Assembly: GCA_003602575.1 (NCBI GenBank)
Contig: QQRY01000021.1
Span: 1-59,903 of the forward strand
Direction: 5' to 3'
DNA: 59,903 nt
Source of the DNA: Candidatus Poseidoniales archaeon
Lineage (GTDB): Archaea > Thermoplasmatota > Poseidoniia > Poseidoniales > Poseidoniaceae
Each line of letters starts with the position of its first letter. Within the stretch, counting starts at the first letter, position 1. Of this stretch, positions 20,230 to 30,258 are shown piece by piece. A program made the position numbers and the translations under genes. The notes below the pieces were generated by a model. That model made no database searches. It worked only from the letters and a program-made list of their open reading frames with translations, and was not told the origin of the DNA.

Positions 20230-21198
20230 TCATTTCATTTGGGAAAAGGCACGCTTAACCAATACTTGTACTACTGAACGACGATAATTCGGGGGTAGAG
20301 CCGTATTATTTACGGGTTTGACACTTTTTCTAATTACTGATGCCAGAGACTTAACTGAATTATCATCATCCCAGCCTTCTTCGATTATTTTTCCGACTTC
20401 CTCTGTATGAATTTTAGGAATAGATTCTAAGGCAGTTGTTGCTACTTTTATCGAGTTTCTGTCCCCTTCAAGCCAAGATGCTGCAACCCCGGCTTCCGGG
20501 AAATCCCACGAATCTCTAACTCTCAACTTTTGATATGAACCGATTCTATTCAGCGATTCCTCTGGCAAGGTTACCTTAAGCAGAAATTCTCCTTTCTCGA
20601 GCACATTCTTTTTCATTCCATCTAACTGATAAAATTCTGATAATGGCATAACTCTCTCGCCATTAGGACCTATAAGGTGAACTGAAGCGCCAAGAACCAT
20701 CAAAACTGGGGCTATATCACCTTGGTATGTAGCCACACATAATGTGTTTTGATTTGGAATTACACGGCAATCTGAACCTGTACCACAATCTGCTTTATGG
20801 CACCAGTCTATTGAACGTCGCCAGTCCTCACTTTGATTATACCAGAAACATCTAGTGTCAAGACATAGATTACCGCCCAAAGTCGCACTTTTACGAATTA
20901 GAGATGAGGCTACTTTGCCAGCAGCCTCCGCAATCATTGGATGTACATTTTGATTTTCTAGACTTGAAAGTCTAGCCATACAACCAATTTCCAAATTAGA
21001 TACAGTATCAATACCAGGGATATTTGAGAGAGAAATAACATGCGGTTTCGTATTTATTCGCCACTTATAATTAGCCAACAAATCTGTTCCGCCCGAGACC
21101 CAGTCGAACTCTTCTCCATCTCCAATCAACTTAGAAGCAATACTACACGCCTCTTCAATAGAATTCGGGTGATGAAGAATAAAAGGAGGCATTAACAT
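20230..21198 (-). CDS. xanthine-dehydrogenase-family FAD subunit with [4Fe-4S] Cys insert (HcrB-like)
   Basis: SGGTDL, ATLGGNLC; insert CLDTRCFWYNQSEDWR...CHK...C...C. Confidence 0.85.
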   Translation of the reverse strand: MLMPPFILHHPNSIEEACSIASKLIGDGEEFDWVSGGTDLLANYKWRINTKPHVISLSNIPGIDTVSNLEIGCMARLSSLENQNVHPMIAEAAGKVASSLIRKSATLGGNLCLDTRCFWYNQSEDWRRSIDWCHKADCGTGSDCRVIPNQNTLCVATYQGDIAPVLMVLGASVHLIGPNGERVMPLSEFYQLDGMKKNVLEKGEFLLKVTLPEESLNRIGSYQKLRVRDSWDFPEAGVAASWLEGDRNSIKVATTALESIPKIHTEEVGKIIEEGWDDDNSVKSLASVIRKSVKPVNNTALPPNYRRSVVQVLVKRAFSQMK

Positions 21199-24002
21199 TA
21201 GTCATCATCCCCCATATGTCTTTGCTCTTTTTTCAACCAAGCTTTACCTGCAAGCCCTAGTTCAGCTAATTGCTGTGGATCTGGTTCAGTCGCCATTCGC
21301 CAACCTTCAACCTGTTCTTCCAACGGAATATTTGGATCAAAACCAAATAGAACACCATTCACATATGGCGAGGTATCTTCAGTCCTCTGCCTAGCCAAAT
21401 CTCTCTGTTTATGCTCTTTAGCACGTTTCTCAAGTGATTTTTGTAGTTCTATACTCTTAGGACCATGGGTATACCTTGGAGATGGTAGTTCTGTTGCATC
21501 TTCTAATTTCAATTTCTTACGCTTCTTTTCGATGCCTTTGAAAACAATATCAGGGGTAAGGGGTAGATCGTTGTATCTAATTCCAATTGCATCGTAAACT
21601 GCATTGACTACCGCTGGTAATATTGGTAGTAATGGCCCTTCTCCCGCTTCTTTAGCACCAAATGGCCCTTCAGGGTCGCTTGATTCAACAATTATTGGTT
21701 CAACGTGCGGCATTTCATGAATTGATGGAATCTTATACTCGAGGAGATTTGCATTTTGTAAATGCCCTGTTCGACCATATACCATCTTCTCAGATAATAC
21801 TTGACCAAGACCCATGTGGCATGAGCCAATGATTTGTCCTTTTACTGCAAGAGGATTCAACGCTTTACCACAATCGTGTGCAGCCCAAACATTAGTACAC
21901 TTGACGAGACCTAATTCGATGTCGACGTCGACTTCTGCTACATATGCTGAAAACGAGTATGCGGGTGCAAGACCTGCTGCTGCACCTTTGTGAACTCCAC
22001 CCATAGGAGGGGAACGATACGCACCACTCGAGATTAGAGCGCCCTTATCTTCCTGTGCTTTGTGAAGTGCTTGAAGGTAAGATACCCCAATTGCTGGATC
22101 GTGTTTATAGTAAATTCTTCTGTCATTAATCACTAATGTATTTGGATGATAACCCAAAATATCCCAAGCAGCATTGAGCAACTTTTCTCGAATATCCAAT
22201 GCCGCTCTAATTGCGGCATTAGCGTTCATGAAAGTAACTCTACTGGAGTATGAACCCAAGTCCACTGGAGATGTGTCGCTTTCATGGCTCCTAACGTGAA
22301 TCATTTCTATTGGCAATGCTAAAACTTCTGAAACAACTTGAGCAACCGCTGTTGTTGAACCTTGACCAATATCTGCAGCACCTGTGTGAACTGTCACTCC
22401 TCCATCCATATCGACTTGAATGTGAACGGTCGCATGAGGGAATCGATTTGGATCCCAGTGAATCGGAAGACCAGAACCCGAAATGAAGAAACCACAGCCG
22501 ATTCCGATTCCTTTGCCTAAAGGCAATTTGCGGAATTTATTATCCCAATCCGAACCACTTCTCACTCTTTCCAGTGCTTCTCTCATACCATTTGAGGTGA
22601 TTCTAAAACCAGTAATTGTTCTACTATGAGGCGGTAAAAGGTTTGCAAGCCTAAGGTCAATTGGGTCTACATTCATCTGTTCCGCCATCTCATCAAGACC
22701 AACCTCAACAGCACACCGGGTATTGACTGCACCATGACCTCTCATGGCTCCAGATGCTGGCTTATTGGTCCAAACTCTTGCACCTGTATAATGGAATGAC
22801 CCAAGTTCATAAGGAGCAGTAGCTAAAACTCCATTATAATATGAAGTGACGTGTCCAAAGGATGCAAAACCTCCACCATCTATCAATGCATCAATATCAA
22901 AACCAGAAATTCTACCTTCATCATCTGCTGTCATCTTTACTTCGATATTACTTGGATGTCTACCTCTATTTATCCAGTAAACTTCTTCTCTGTCAAAGGT
23001 TATTCGAACTGGACGCCCTGATTTTCTTGCCAGAATTGCTGCACACATCTCATGTGGGAAAGGATCTGATTTTCCACCAAAACCGCCCCCAACAAATGTT
23101 CTAATCACGTTTATCTGATGCATTGGTACATCGAGTACAGTTGAAAGTGCTCTATGAGTATAATGAGGAACTTGTTGGGGCGTGTATAATTGTAGACGAC
23201 CGTTAGGATCCCAATGAGCAACAACAGCGTGCGGTTCTGTGAATCCATGATGAACTCCTGCCATAGTCCACTTCCCATGAGATGAAGAGAATGGATTCTC
23301 AACCAACGAACGGTCTCCAAATTCTTGGAATACTCTCTTTTGGACATTTGTTCTTGCTAGGTGATACTTGCCTCTCCAATGTATAGGCTCATCATTATCT
23401 TCGAGTCCTTTCTTGGGATCAAATACTGGCTCCAAAATTTCCCATTCAATTTCAAACAAACCTAATGCTTCAATCGCTGTCGCTTCATCTACAGCACTTA
23501 CACAGGCAACTAAATCTCCCATGTGACGAACTTTCTCTACAGCCATTGCATGCTCATCTTTTGTAACCGGTAAAACTCCAAAACTATGAGGTGAATCTGC
23601 CCCTGTTGCAACGGCGATGACACCTGGGAGAGCTTCAACTTTGGAGGTGTCAATAGATTTTATCTTGGCGTAGTGATGTGGAGAACGTAAAATCTTACCA
23701 ATCGACTCATTCGCTAATCTGACATCGTCTCCATACCAAGCTTGTCCGGTGACTTTTGCATTGGAATCAACTAGTGGAAGGGGTTTACCTACTACAGTGC
23801 CCGTTCTTATCCTATCATGAATATGAGATCCTGCTGGCTGAGGTTCTTTACCTCCAACTGATTCGGGAATGAAATTTAGATCTCTTTCTTTCATTACTGG
23901 TCCTGAGCCACCAGAACCGGGAGGAGGAAACACCTGCTTACCTGCTACGCGCTTACCGTCTTTACGCGCTGAATTAGGTTGTTGACGATATCCTGCAGAC
24001 AT
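21198..24002 (-). CDS. xanthine-dehydrogenase-family molybdopterin subunit (HcrA-like)
   Basis: VGGGFGGK, GAMRGHG, GQGSTT, GSYSSRVT and GPFGAKEAGEG motifs; start refined to MSAGY after an AGGTGA RBS. Confidence 0.88.
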   Translation of the reverse strand: MSAGYRQQPNSARKDGKRVAGKQVFPPPGSGGSGPVMKERDLNFIPESVGGKEPQPAGSHIHDRIRTGTVVGKPLPLVDSNAKVTGQAWYGDDVRLANESIGKILRSPHHYAKIKSIDTSKVEALPGVIAVATGADSPHSFGVLPVTKDEHAMAVEKVRHMGDLVACVSAVDEATAIEALGLFEIEWEILEPVFDPKKGLEDNDEPIHWRGKYHLARTNVQKRVFQEFGDRSLVENPFSSSHGKWTMAGVHHGFTEPHAVVAHWDPNGRLQLYTPQQVPHYTHRALSTVLDVPMHQINVIRTFVGGGFGGKSDPFPHEMCAAILARKSGRPVRITFDREEVYWINRGRHPSNIEVKMTADDEGRISGFDIDALIDGGGFASFGHVTSYYNGVLATAPYELGSFHYTGARVWTNKPASGAMRGHGAVNTRCAVEVGLDEMAEQMNVDPIDLRLANLLPPHSRTITGFRITSNGMREALERVRSGSDWDNKFRKLPLGKGIGIGCGFFISGSGLPIHWDPNRFPHATVHIQVDMDGGVTVHTGAADIGQGSTTAVAQVVSEVLALPIEMIHVRSHESDTSPVDLGSYSSRVTFMNANAAIRAALDIREKLLNAAWDILGYHPNTLVINDRRIYYKHDPAIGVSYLQALHKAQEDKGALISSGAYRSPPMGGVHKGAAAGLAPAYSFSAYVAEVDVDIELGLVKCTNVWAAHDCGKALNPLAVKGQIIGSCHMGLGQVLSEKMVYGRTGHLQNANLLEYKIPSIHEMPHVEPIIVESSDPEGPFGAKEAGEGPLLPILPAVVNAVYDAIGIRYNDLPLTPDIVFKGIEKKRKKLKLEDATELPSPRYTHGPKSIELQKSLEKRAKEHKQRDLARQRTEDTSPYVNGVLFGFDPNIPLEEQVEGWRMATEPDPQQLAELGLAGKAWLKKEQRHMGDDD

Positions 24003-24006
24003 AATA

Positions 24007-24618
24007 TCACCTTGCGTGACCAGGAGGCATGGCTGGCTCATCAGGGCCATCAGGGTGTGGATTTGGATGTGGATTACTAGCGGGAGGTACTGGTTCAGAT
24101 TCACCTCTATGAATTTCAGCAGCAGCCTTGATTGAATCAACTATTTGTTGATATCCTGTACATCGGCATAAATTACCTTCGATTGCACAAGATATTTCAT
24201 CGTCAGTTGGTGAGTCATTTTTTGTGAGTAATGCTTGAGCACTAATCAAAAAACCTGGAGTACAAAATCCACATTGTGAACCTCCATGTTCAGCAAAGCA
24301 AGATTGAATTGGCGCCAAATGAGCACCTTCTGCTAAACCTTCAACTGTGGTAATTTCAGTGTTTGAAACTTGACCTGCAAGGCAGAGACAAGAAAGTCTA
24401 GCATCGCCATCGATCATCACTGTACAACATCCACATGTACCAAGGTCACAGCCTCTTTTTACACCAAGAGTTCCTACCTGATCTCTTAACACATCAAGTA
24501 AAATAGCATTTGAAGAAATTAATCCCTCAAATGCCTCGCCATTGACTTTTGCTGACCATATTTCGGACGGTGCTTTAGGAGTCATTGGAACATATTCCGT
24601 ACCTACCACACTTCTCAC
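24007..24618 (-). CDS. 2x[2Fe-2S] small subunit (HcrC/CoxS-like)
   Basis: GCDLGTCGCCTV, QCGFCTPG, GNLCRCTGY motifs. Confidence 0.92.
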   Translation of the reverse strand: MRSVVGTEYVPMTPKAPSEIWSAKVNGEAFEGLISSNAILLDVLRDQVGTLGVKRGCDLGTCGCCTVMIDGDARLSCLCLAGQVSNTEITTVEGLAEGAHLAPIQSCFAEHGGSQCGFCTPGFLISAQALLTKNDSPTDDEISCAIEGNLCRCTGYQQIVDSIKAAAEIHRGESEPVPPASNPHPNPHPDGPDEPAMPPGHAR

Positions 24619-24672
24619 CCATCAAGACGTAGGGAAAGATGCATATCAATATAGGCATTGAATGGATAGATT

Positions 24673-26244
24673 TCAATTACGATAATGAACGCTTAAATTA
24701 TCATCATTTCCTGTTTTTGGTTCGACCCAATCAGGATCTCCTGGAAGAACTAAACTATCTCCTAGAGAGATTAACTCGGCTCCAATTTTCTGTTGCCTTC
24801 CTTGTAATAATTGCCAGTCTAATTTGTCATCTCTCCATCTTTGCCATCGCTTTAACATTCTCCAACTTTGCACTAATTTAGAGTATAGTTTCAAGTGCAT
24901 TTTACCAGAAATAGGCCACCAAACTAATAAAATTAAGAAAACAAGGATTGGATTTAACAATGTTAATTTAGCCAAAAGCCAATGCATATTTAGTAATGAA
25001 AACACAGGACTTGAAGGTGAAAGAAGTAACCAAGTCACCATTAGAGATGCTGTAATCCACCATATTGGAAACATGATTATCGCAGACATTACTTTCATTG
25101 TACCTTGTATAGGTGCTGAGATTTTACCCTTCTTTAGATACCACATTACAGCATAATTTCCTTGATACGGAGGGACATTTCCAATTACTGCGCTCCAAGT
25201 AACTAGACCTAGCATCCATGCTGCTGACCAAACCCAAATACTGATTGCTTTTAGGTACCCTAGAATCGAAGGTTTCTTTGGTTTTGCTGCAACATCAAAT
25301 GGAGTAAGACCCAAGGATTCTATCTCATCAAAGTGTTCTATAGATTCTTTAACCAAAGTTCCTGTTTTCTCAGGTTCTTCCTTTGAAACAAATTCCCATC
25401 CAGCGCGCATCCTTCTCGCACCTATTACTGATTCAGAATAACTTGGCTTCTTCATTTTGCCTCCACTTTGCTTGATTCTCTCTGCATAAGCAACACTTCT
25501 AGCTTTCCAAATCAAGCGTCTTTCTTCCCATGAAGTCTTAGAATGGCTGGCCCTATTCAATTCGGAATCAATTGCTTGCGTAACTTCATCTATCCAAATT
25601 TTATCAAGTTCATCATTAGGTTCGGGGATTGGAGGTAGTTGCATTGGCCTTTCCAAGATTACTGCAGCACGCTCTCTGAATTTCTGTGAATTTGAATAAT
25701 GAAGACCAACAGGAATTATTCTTGGCATAGGAGTTTCTAATTGCTCTGACTTGCGAATCGCTTGAAGCATTATTCTAGCAGCTCCAGAGCGAGCACGCTT
25801 GGCAGATGAATCCGTATGAGTTCTCCCCTCTGGAAATAGTAGTAATCTACCACCTAATGCAATTTCATTGCCAACTTTAGAAAGTAATTTTTCATTTCTT
25901 TTCTTAGATTCTTCTCTATCATTACTATCGCTGGCTCTCTCGATAGGTAAAGCGCCAGATGAACGAATTAATCTACCGAGGACAGGTATTTTGAATAGTG
26001 TGTGTTTAGCCAAAATCGATAATCTTCCTGGGAGTGAAGCATGCATAAGCATTGGATCTATCAGCCCACTTGGGTGCCAAGCAATAAACATCAGTCCGCC
26101 TTCTGGTGGAAGGTTTTCATTATCGACAATATCTAATTCACGAAACCAAACACTCATCAAAGAACGTGAGAATCTCCTCATTATTCGATAAGTAAAACCG
26201 ACTCTAGGATGGTTATCTCCACTGGGGTCTTTCAACCATCCCAT
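24673..26244 (-). CDS. PlsC/GPAT-family glycerolipid acyltransferase with C-terminal TM region
   Basis: HPSGLID (HX4D), LAKHTLF, LFPEGRTH and IIPVGLHY blocks. Confidence 0.85.
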   Translation of the reverse strand: MGWLKDPSGDNHPRVGFTYRIMRRFSRSLMSVWFRELDIVDNENLPPEGGLMFIAWHPSGLIDPMLMHASLPGRLSILAKHTLFKIPVLGRLIRSSGALPIERASDSNDREESKKRNEKLLSKVGNEIALGGRLLLFPEGRTHTDSSAKRARSGAARIMLQAIRKSEQLETPMPRIIPVGLHYSNSQKFRERAAVILERPMQLPPIPEPNDELDKIWIDEVTQAIDSELNRASHSKTSWEERRLIWKARSVAYAERIKQSGGKMKKPSYSESVIGARRMRAGWEFVSKEEPEKTGTLVKESIEHFDEIESLGLTPFDVAAKPKKPSILGYLKAISIWVWSAAWMLGLVTWSAVIGNVPPYQGNYAVMWYLKKGKISAPIQGTMKVMSAIIMFPIWWITASLMVTWLLLSPSSPVFSLLNMHWLLAKLTLLNPILVFLILLVWWPISGKMHLKLYSKLVQSWRMLKRWQRWRDDKLDWQLLQGRQQKIGAELISLGDSLVLPGDPDWVEPKTGNDDNLSVHYRN

Positions 26245-26321
26245 GAAGGACGGTAGATGTACTCATTGATTACAACACCGCCGATTAATATTCAAAATGG
26301 TATATTTTTCTAAAAAATAAT

Positions 26322-28259
26322 TTATTCAATATCATAAATTGATTCGGATGCTTTTTTCCGATTAATGAATAGTGCAGCAACTGTTGCAACAGAAATTGTG
26401 ACAAATGTAAATCCTGGGGTTTCTTCAGATTCGGGCATAAATGCATATTTAGAATCATACATCATTATGTCGATAGTAACTAGTGGAGATGATGAGTGAC
26501 CTCCCGATGAATTAGACTTTAGTCCACGAATAGAAATAGTATGGTTTCCATCAATTTCGATTCCTGGAAGATGTTCTAGTTGATGAATTATATCAATTGC
26601 ACTAATTTCGCCACTAGTGTCGGACTTTTCGAAACTGTGCAGGAATGTCCAATCATCAACGATGTGATTACTTCTCCACTGAATAGATTCTATGCCACCT
26701 GATGTGGAGAAGGCAATTGAGTCTTTAGGTGATAAATGGGCATGCATATTGTCATGTGTAGGATCTGTTTCAAGTTCTATATTCATCGAATCATCAAACA
26801 TGTAATATTTCTCTGCAGCTGCTAATACAGAATCTAGTGCTCTGACTTCACCGTGGCCATATACGTTATTTTGTCGATTTTTCGTAAAAATCGCTTGAAC
26901 ATCATTATCATCACAACCATCAGCGCCATCAATATCTTCCATATATGAACAATGGCGGTATTCTGCAGTTTCTTGCATGAAATTTCTAACCTCAAATGGG
27001 CTAAGATCTGGATTTGCTTGTAGCATAAGCGCAGCCACGCCTGCTGCTCCAGGGGTAGCCATCGAGGTTCCAGAAAATGCGGTATAACCATCGCCAGTAT
27101 TATGTGCTACAGACATAACATCAGAGCCTACATAAGCGATGTTTGGCTTAATTCGGTTCTCCTCTGTTGGACCTTGGCTAGAGTAAACTGCTATGGAAGA
27201 GTCTTTGTCAAGAGCACCAACTGTAATAGCGTCTTCTGCACTACCAGGAGTTCCTATTGTTCCACGGGTGGCAGAATTACCTGCTGCGATGAATAATGCG
27301 ATATCATTGTAAACCATTTCATTAGCCATTCGATTTACACTGTCTTCTTCTGAGGAAGTCCATTCAATTAGTCCAAATCCACCCAAAGACATCGAGGCAA
27401 CTCTAATATTAAACTGATAACGATTGTCAATAGTCCATTGCATTCCTGCCATTACGACTGCAAATGATCCCGAACCACCTGAATCAAGAACCTTAACGCC
27501 GACTAATTTCGCTTGTGGAGCCATACCTGGATTGTCATAAGTTGGTGCTCCAGTTCCAGCGGTAGTTCCAGCGCAATGTGAACCATGTCCTTGGTCATCA
27601 TAAGGGAATACCTCTGTGCCGTTAGTCAAAGTAGGATTGTTTACTGGGTCATAAAAAGCAATTACTTTTGGGTCGTTGGTTGAGTTATCATCATCCTGAT
27701 CATCCAAACTAGCATGGCTTCCATCAATTCCCGTGTCGATAATCGCTACAGTAGCACCCGAACCGTCATAACCAGTTTCTTCCCATGCAGTATCAACTCC
27801 ATGAAGCGCTACAGCATCTCCGTTAGCAATAGATAACATTCCATCGAGTTCAATCATTACAACTCCAGGAAGTTCATAGGTATCCCAAATTTTGTCCACT
27901 GAAATTCTTCCTGCCAAAGCGTCTATTCCTTCAAGAATCCATTCATGTTGATAATCCACTTCTTTTTCTAACATTGCGATTTCATCTTCACCAGGTGTGT
28001 GGTCAAAATCAATAATCAATGGCAGTGTGTTATCTTCATCAAGGAAAAATGGATTATCCATGTGTAATTCAACCATATCTCCAATACCATTTCCATTTCT
28101 ATCAACTGTGGTGTTAACCCACCAACCTTCAGTTTCATCATCTTCTGAAGAAATTGGAACCGGGGTTGCAATCGCTAGCATAGGTAAAATAAGTATGGAT
28201 AAACAAAACATCGAAATTGTAACTCGATTAATTTTCATCATGTCGCTCGTGTAATGCAC
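26322..28259 (-). CDS. S8 subtilisin-like serine protease with PGF-CTERM-like tail
   Basis: AIIDTGID, GHGSHCAG, AAGN, SGTSMATP catalytic motifs; TPGF + TM + RKK; start may be MMKINR near 28241. Confidence 0.92.
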   Translation of the reverse strand: MHYTSDMMKINRVTISMFCLSILILPMLAIATPVPISSEDDETEGWWVNTTVDRNGNGIGDMVELHMDNPFFLDEDNTLPLIIDFDHTPGEDEIAMLEKEVDYQHEWILEGIDALAGRISVDKIWDTYELPGVVMIELDGMLSIANGDAVALHGVDTAWEETGYDGSGATVAIIDTGIDGSHASLDDQDDDNSTNDPKVIAFYDPVNNPTLTNGTEVFPYDDQGHGSHCAGTTAGTGAPTYDNPGMAPQAKLVGVKVLDSGGSGSFAVVMAGMQWTIDNRYQFNIRVASMSLGGFGLIEWTSSEEDSVNRMANEMVYNDIALFIAAGNSATRGTIGTPGSAEDAITVGALDKDSSIAVYSSQGPTEENRIKPNIAYVGSDVMSVAHNTGDGYTAFSGTSMATPGAAGVAALMLQANPDLSPFEVRNFMQETAEYRHCSYMEDIDGADGCDDNDVQAIFTKNRQNNVYGHGEVRALDSVLAAAEKYYMFDDSMNIELETDPTHDNMHAHLSPKDSIAFSTSGGIESIQWRSNHIVDDWTFLHSFEKSDTSGEISAIDIIHQLEHLPGIEIDGNHTISIRGLKSNSSGGHSSSPLVTIDIMMYDSKYAFMPESEETPGFTFVTISVATVAALFINRKKASESIYDIE

Positions 28260-28312
28260 TCGCCAATAGTTTTTGAAAGCATTGTGAAAATGGAAGAAAT
28301 AGAAAAATCAAC

Positions 28313-29647
28313 TTAATCTCTAACATTTACCCCTTCATCACCAAAAACAGAATCTATAACTTGACTAGGGTTGCTTGGATAAGCACCCCAATATGCTTCT
28401 CTAGCATCTTGATTAACTTGCATACATGCTACGACATCAGAAGCTCTTTGAGGAAGTACTTCTGTACCATTCAAGTGCTTGATTATAGGCTCAATATTGG
28501 AGAGATTAACCAAACCCCAACCAGTCTGAGCACAAGGTAAAACTGGTGAAATTGGCATTGTTCCAGATGTTGGGTCCCAACCTAACTCAGGATACCAAGC
28601 AGAGAGATTGATTGCCTCCCTAACTTGTGCATTGGAGATTGTCATATTGGTTCCATTTACTAAATATCCTCCTCTTTCATCCGAAGCACCGGAACCTGAA
28701 TCTCCAAATTCTTCACGGAGGTTTTCAAGAATAAATGAGATTATTCCAGCGGTCCTAGGTGTAGCAAAAGAGGTTCCTGATGTTTCATGATAGCCATCGA
28801 TATCGTCATGATTTGGTAAAACTTGTGTCCAATCTGCTGAAATATCTGGGTAAGAACCTGACATTATTTCTTTTTGGTCATCGCCTTCTTCAGCGTAGCC
28901 TGCTATACCTATCGACCAAGGAGGGCCGGCTGTAGCATCTTGAACTGCAGGAGATGGTGAATTATCTGCTGCACCAGTATGAAGTTTGTTTTTCTGAGTA
29001 ACCGCTACTTTAGTTGCATCCTCTATACCGGGGAATGGTAAGGAACCAATCGCACCAAATGAAGTAGTAATAACGTCGACTAAGGGTTGATTGGCTGCTG
29101 CTAAGACTGCCTCAGAACTAAAACCTTCTACAAAGAAGATTACAGCATTGGGATTTGCATCTAGTACCGCTCCTGTAACCGCCGAACCATGACCATCATT
29201 AGGGTCGTCTAAAATTAGAATGTCGCTATCACCGTCTGGTGATGCTCCAATTATTTTTGTACCTGGAAAGTATACAATATCTGACGCATTTAGAGTATCC
29301 CAGCAACTAGATTTATCAGCATCATATCTCTCTTGCCATGAACCCTCAAATGTTAAATCACACACTTTGTTTACGCCAAGTCCGTCAAGTAACCACTGCG
29401 GGTATGTCTCATTTGTTCTAAAGTGATCGTGATAGACATTTATTCCAGTATCTATGGGAGCGATTACAGAAAAAGAACGCCAGCTGTCATCGCTTTGTGA
29501 AACTTCTTGAACTTCACTCTCTTCTACATTGTCACCTGATAAAGCGAAAAGAATCGCCCCAATAATCAACAAAGAAATCGATAATGCAATCGCTATTCGA
29601 GAGTTATCAACTTCGGGGACTAGTTCAGCCTCCAACACCTCGGACAT
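28313..29647 (-). CDS. divergent membrane-anchored S8-family peptidase
   Basis: IDTGIN, GHGSAV, SGTSFATP motifs; N-terminal TM. Confidence 0.78.
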   Translation of the reverse strand: MSEVLEAELVPEVDNSRIAIALSISLLIIGAILFALSGDNVEESEVQEVSQSDDSWRSFSVIAPIDTGINVYHDHFRTNETYPQWLLDGLGVNKVCDLTFEGSWQERYDADKSSCWDTLNASDIVYFPGTKIIGASPDGDSDILILDDPNDGHGSAVTGAVLDANPNAVIFFVEGFSSEAVLAAANQPLVDVITTSFGAIGSLPFPGIEDATKVAVTQKNKLHTGAADNSPSPAVQDATAGPPWSIGIAGYAEEGDDQKEIMSGSYPDISADWTQVLPNHDDIDGYHETSGTSFATPRTAGIISFILENLREEFGDSGSGASDERGGYLVNGTNMTISNAQVREAINLSAWYPELGWDPTSGTMPISPVLPCAQTGWGLVNLSNIEPIIKHLNGTEVLPQRASDVVACMQVNQDAREAYWGAYPSNPSQVIDSVFGDEGVNVRD

Positions 29648-29717
29648 ATCCTATCCTCTATGGGATAATACATCAACACTACGCCCATTTGAAAAGATGA
29701 AGTAGTTTGGCTAGTAC

Positions 29718-30257
29718 ATGGGCGAAAGGGAACAACGGTTGGTTTGGATTGACCTTGAAATGACCGGATTAGATATAGAAAAGGAATCTATAATTGAAAT
29801 TGCAACAATCATCACCGATGGAGATTTGAATATTCTAGCACATGGCCCTAATGTAGCCATCACAGTTGATGAATCTCTAATAGAAGGAATGGATGAATGG
29901 AATACTACACATCATTTTGAAAGCGGATTAGTCGATAGAATTAGGCAACATGGAGTAAGTTTAGCCGATGCTGAAAGTATGACTATCGATTTCTTGAAAG
30001 AGTGGGTCGACCCCAATACTGCGCCTCTATGTGGCAATAGTGTTTGGAATGATAGACGTTTTTTGGAAAAAGAGATGCCAAATATTGCTGAATATCTGCA
30101 CTATCGAATGATAGATGTTTCAACAATAAAGGAACTGGCTAGAAGATGGTATCCCGAAGTCGACAAATATCCAAAAAAAGGGGCACATTTAGCCTTAGAT
30201 GATATTATTGAGTCTGTCGAAGAATTGGAGTATTTTAGAACTAAAATATTTAGATAA
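29718..30257 (+). CDS. orn: oligoribonuclease
   Basis: WIDLEMTGL, LCGNSVWNDRRFL, HYRMIDVSTIKELARRW, HLALDDIIES (DEDDh). Confidence 0.95.
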   Translation: MGEREQRLVWIDLEMTGLDIEKESIIEIATIITDGDLNILAHGPNVAITVDESLIEGMDEWNTTHHFESGLVDRIRQHGVSLADAESMTIDFLKEWVDPNTAPLCGNSVWNDRRFLEKEMPNIAEYLHYRMIDVSTIKELARRWYPEVDKYPKKGAHLALDDIIESVEELEYFRTKIFR

Positions 30258-30258
30258 C

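Noticed and set aside
21198-24002. Aerobic CO dehydrogenase (CoxL)
   Set aside because: The active-site loop is AMRGHG, not AYxCSFR (form I) or AYRGAGR (form II)
24003-24140. Long overlap between the Mo-subunit and 2Fe-2S genes
   Set aside because: ORF-caller extension; an AGGTGA RBS supports the ATG at 24002
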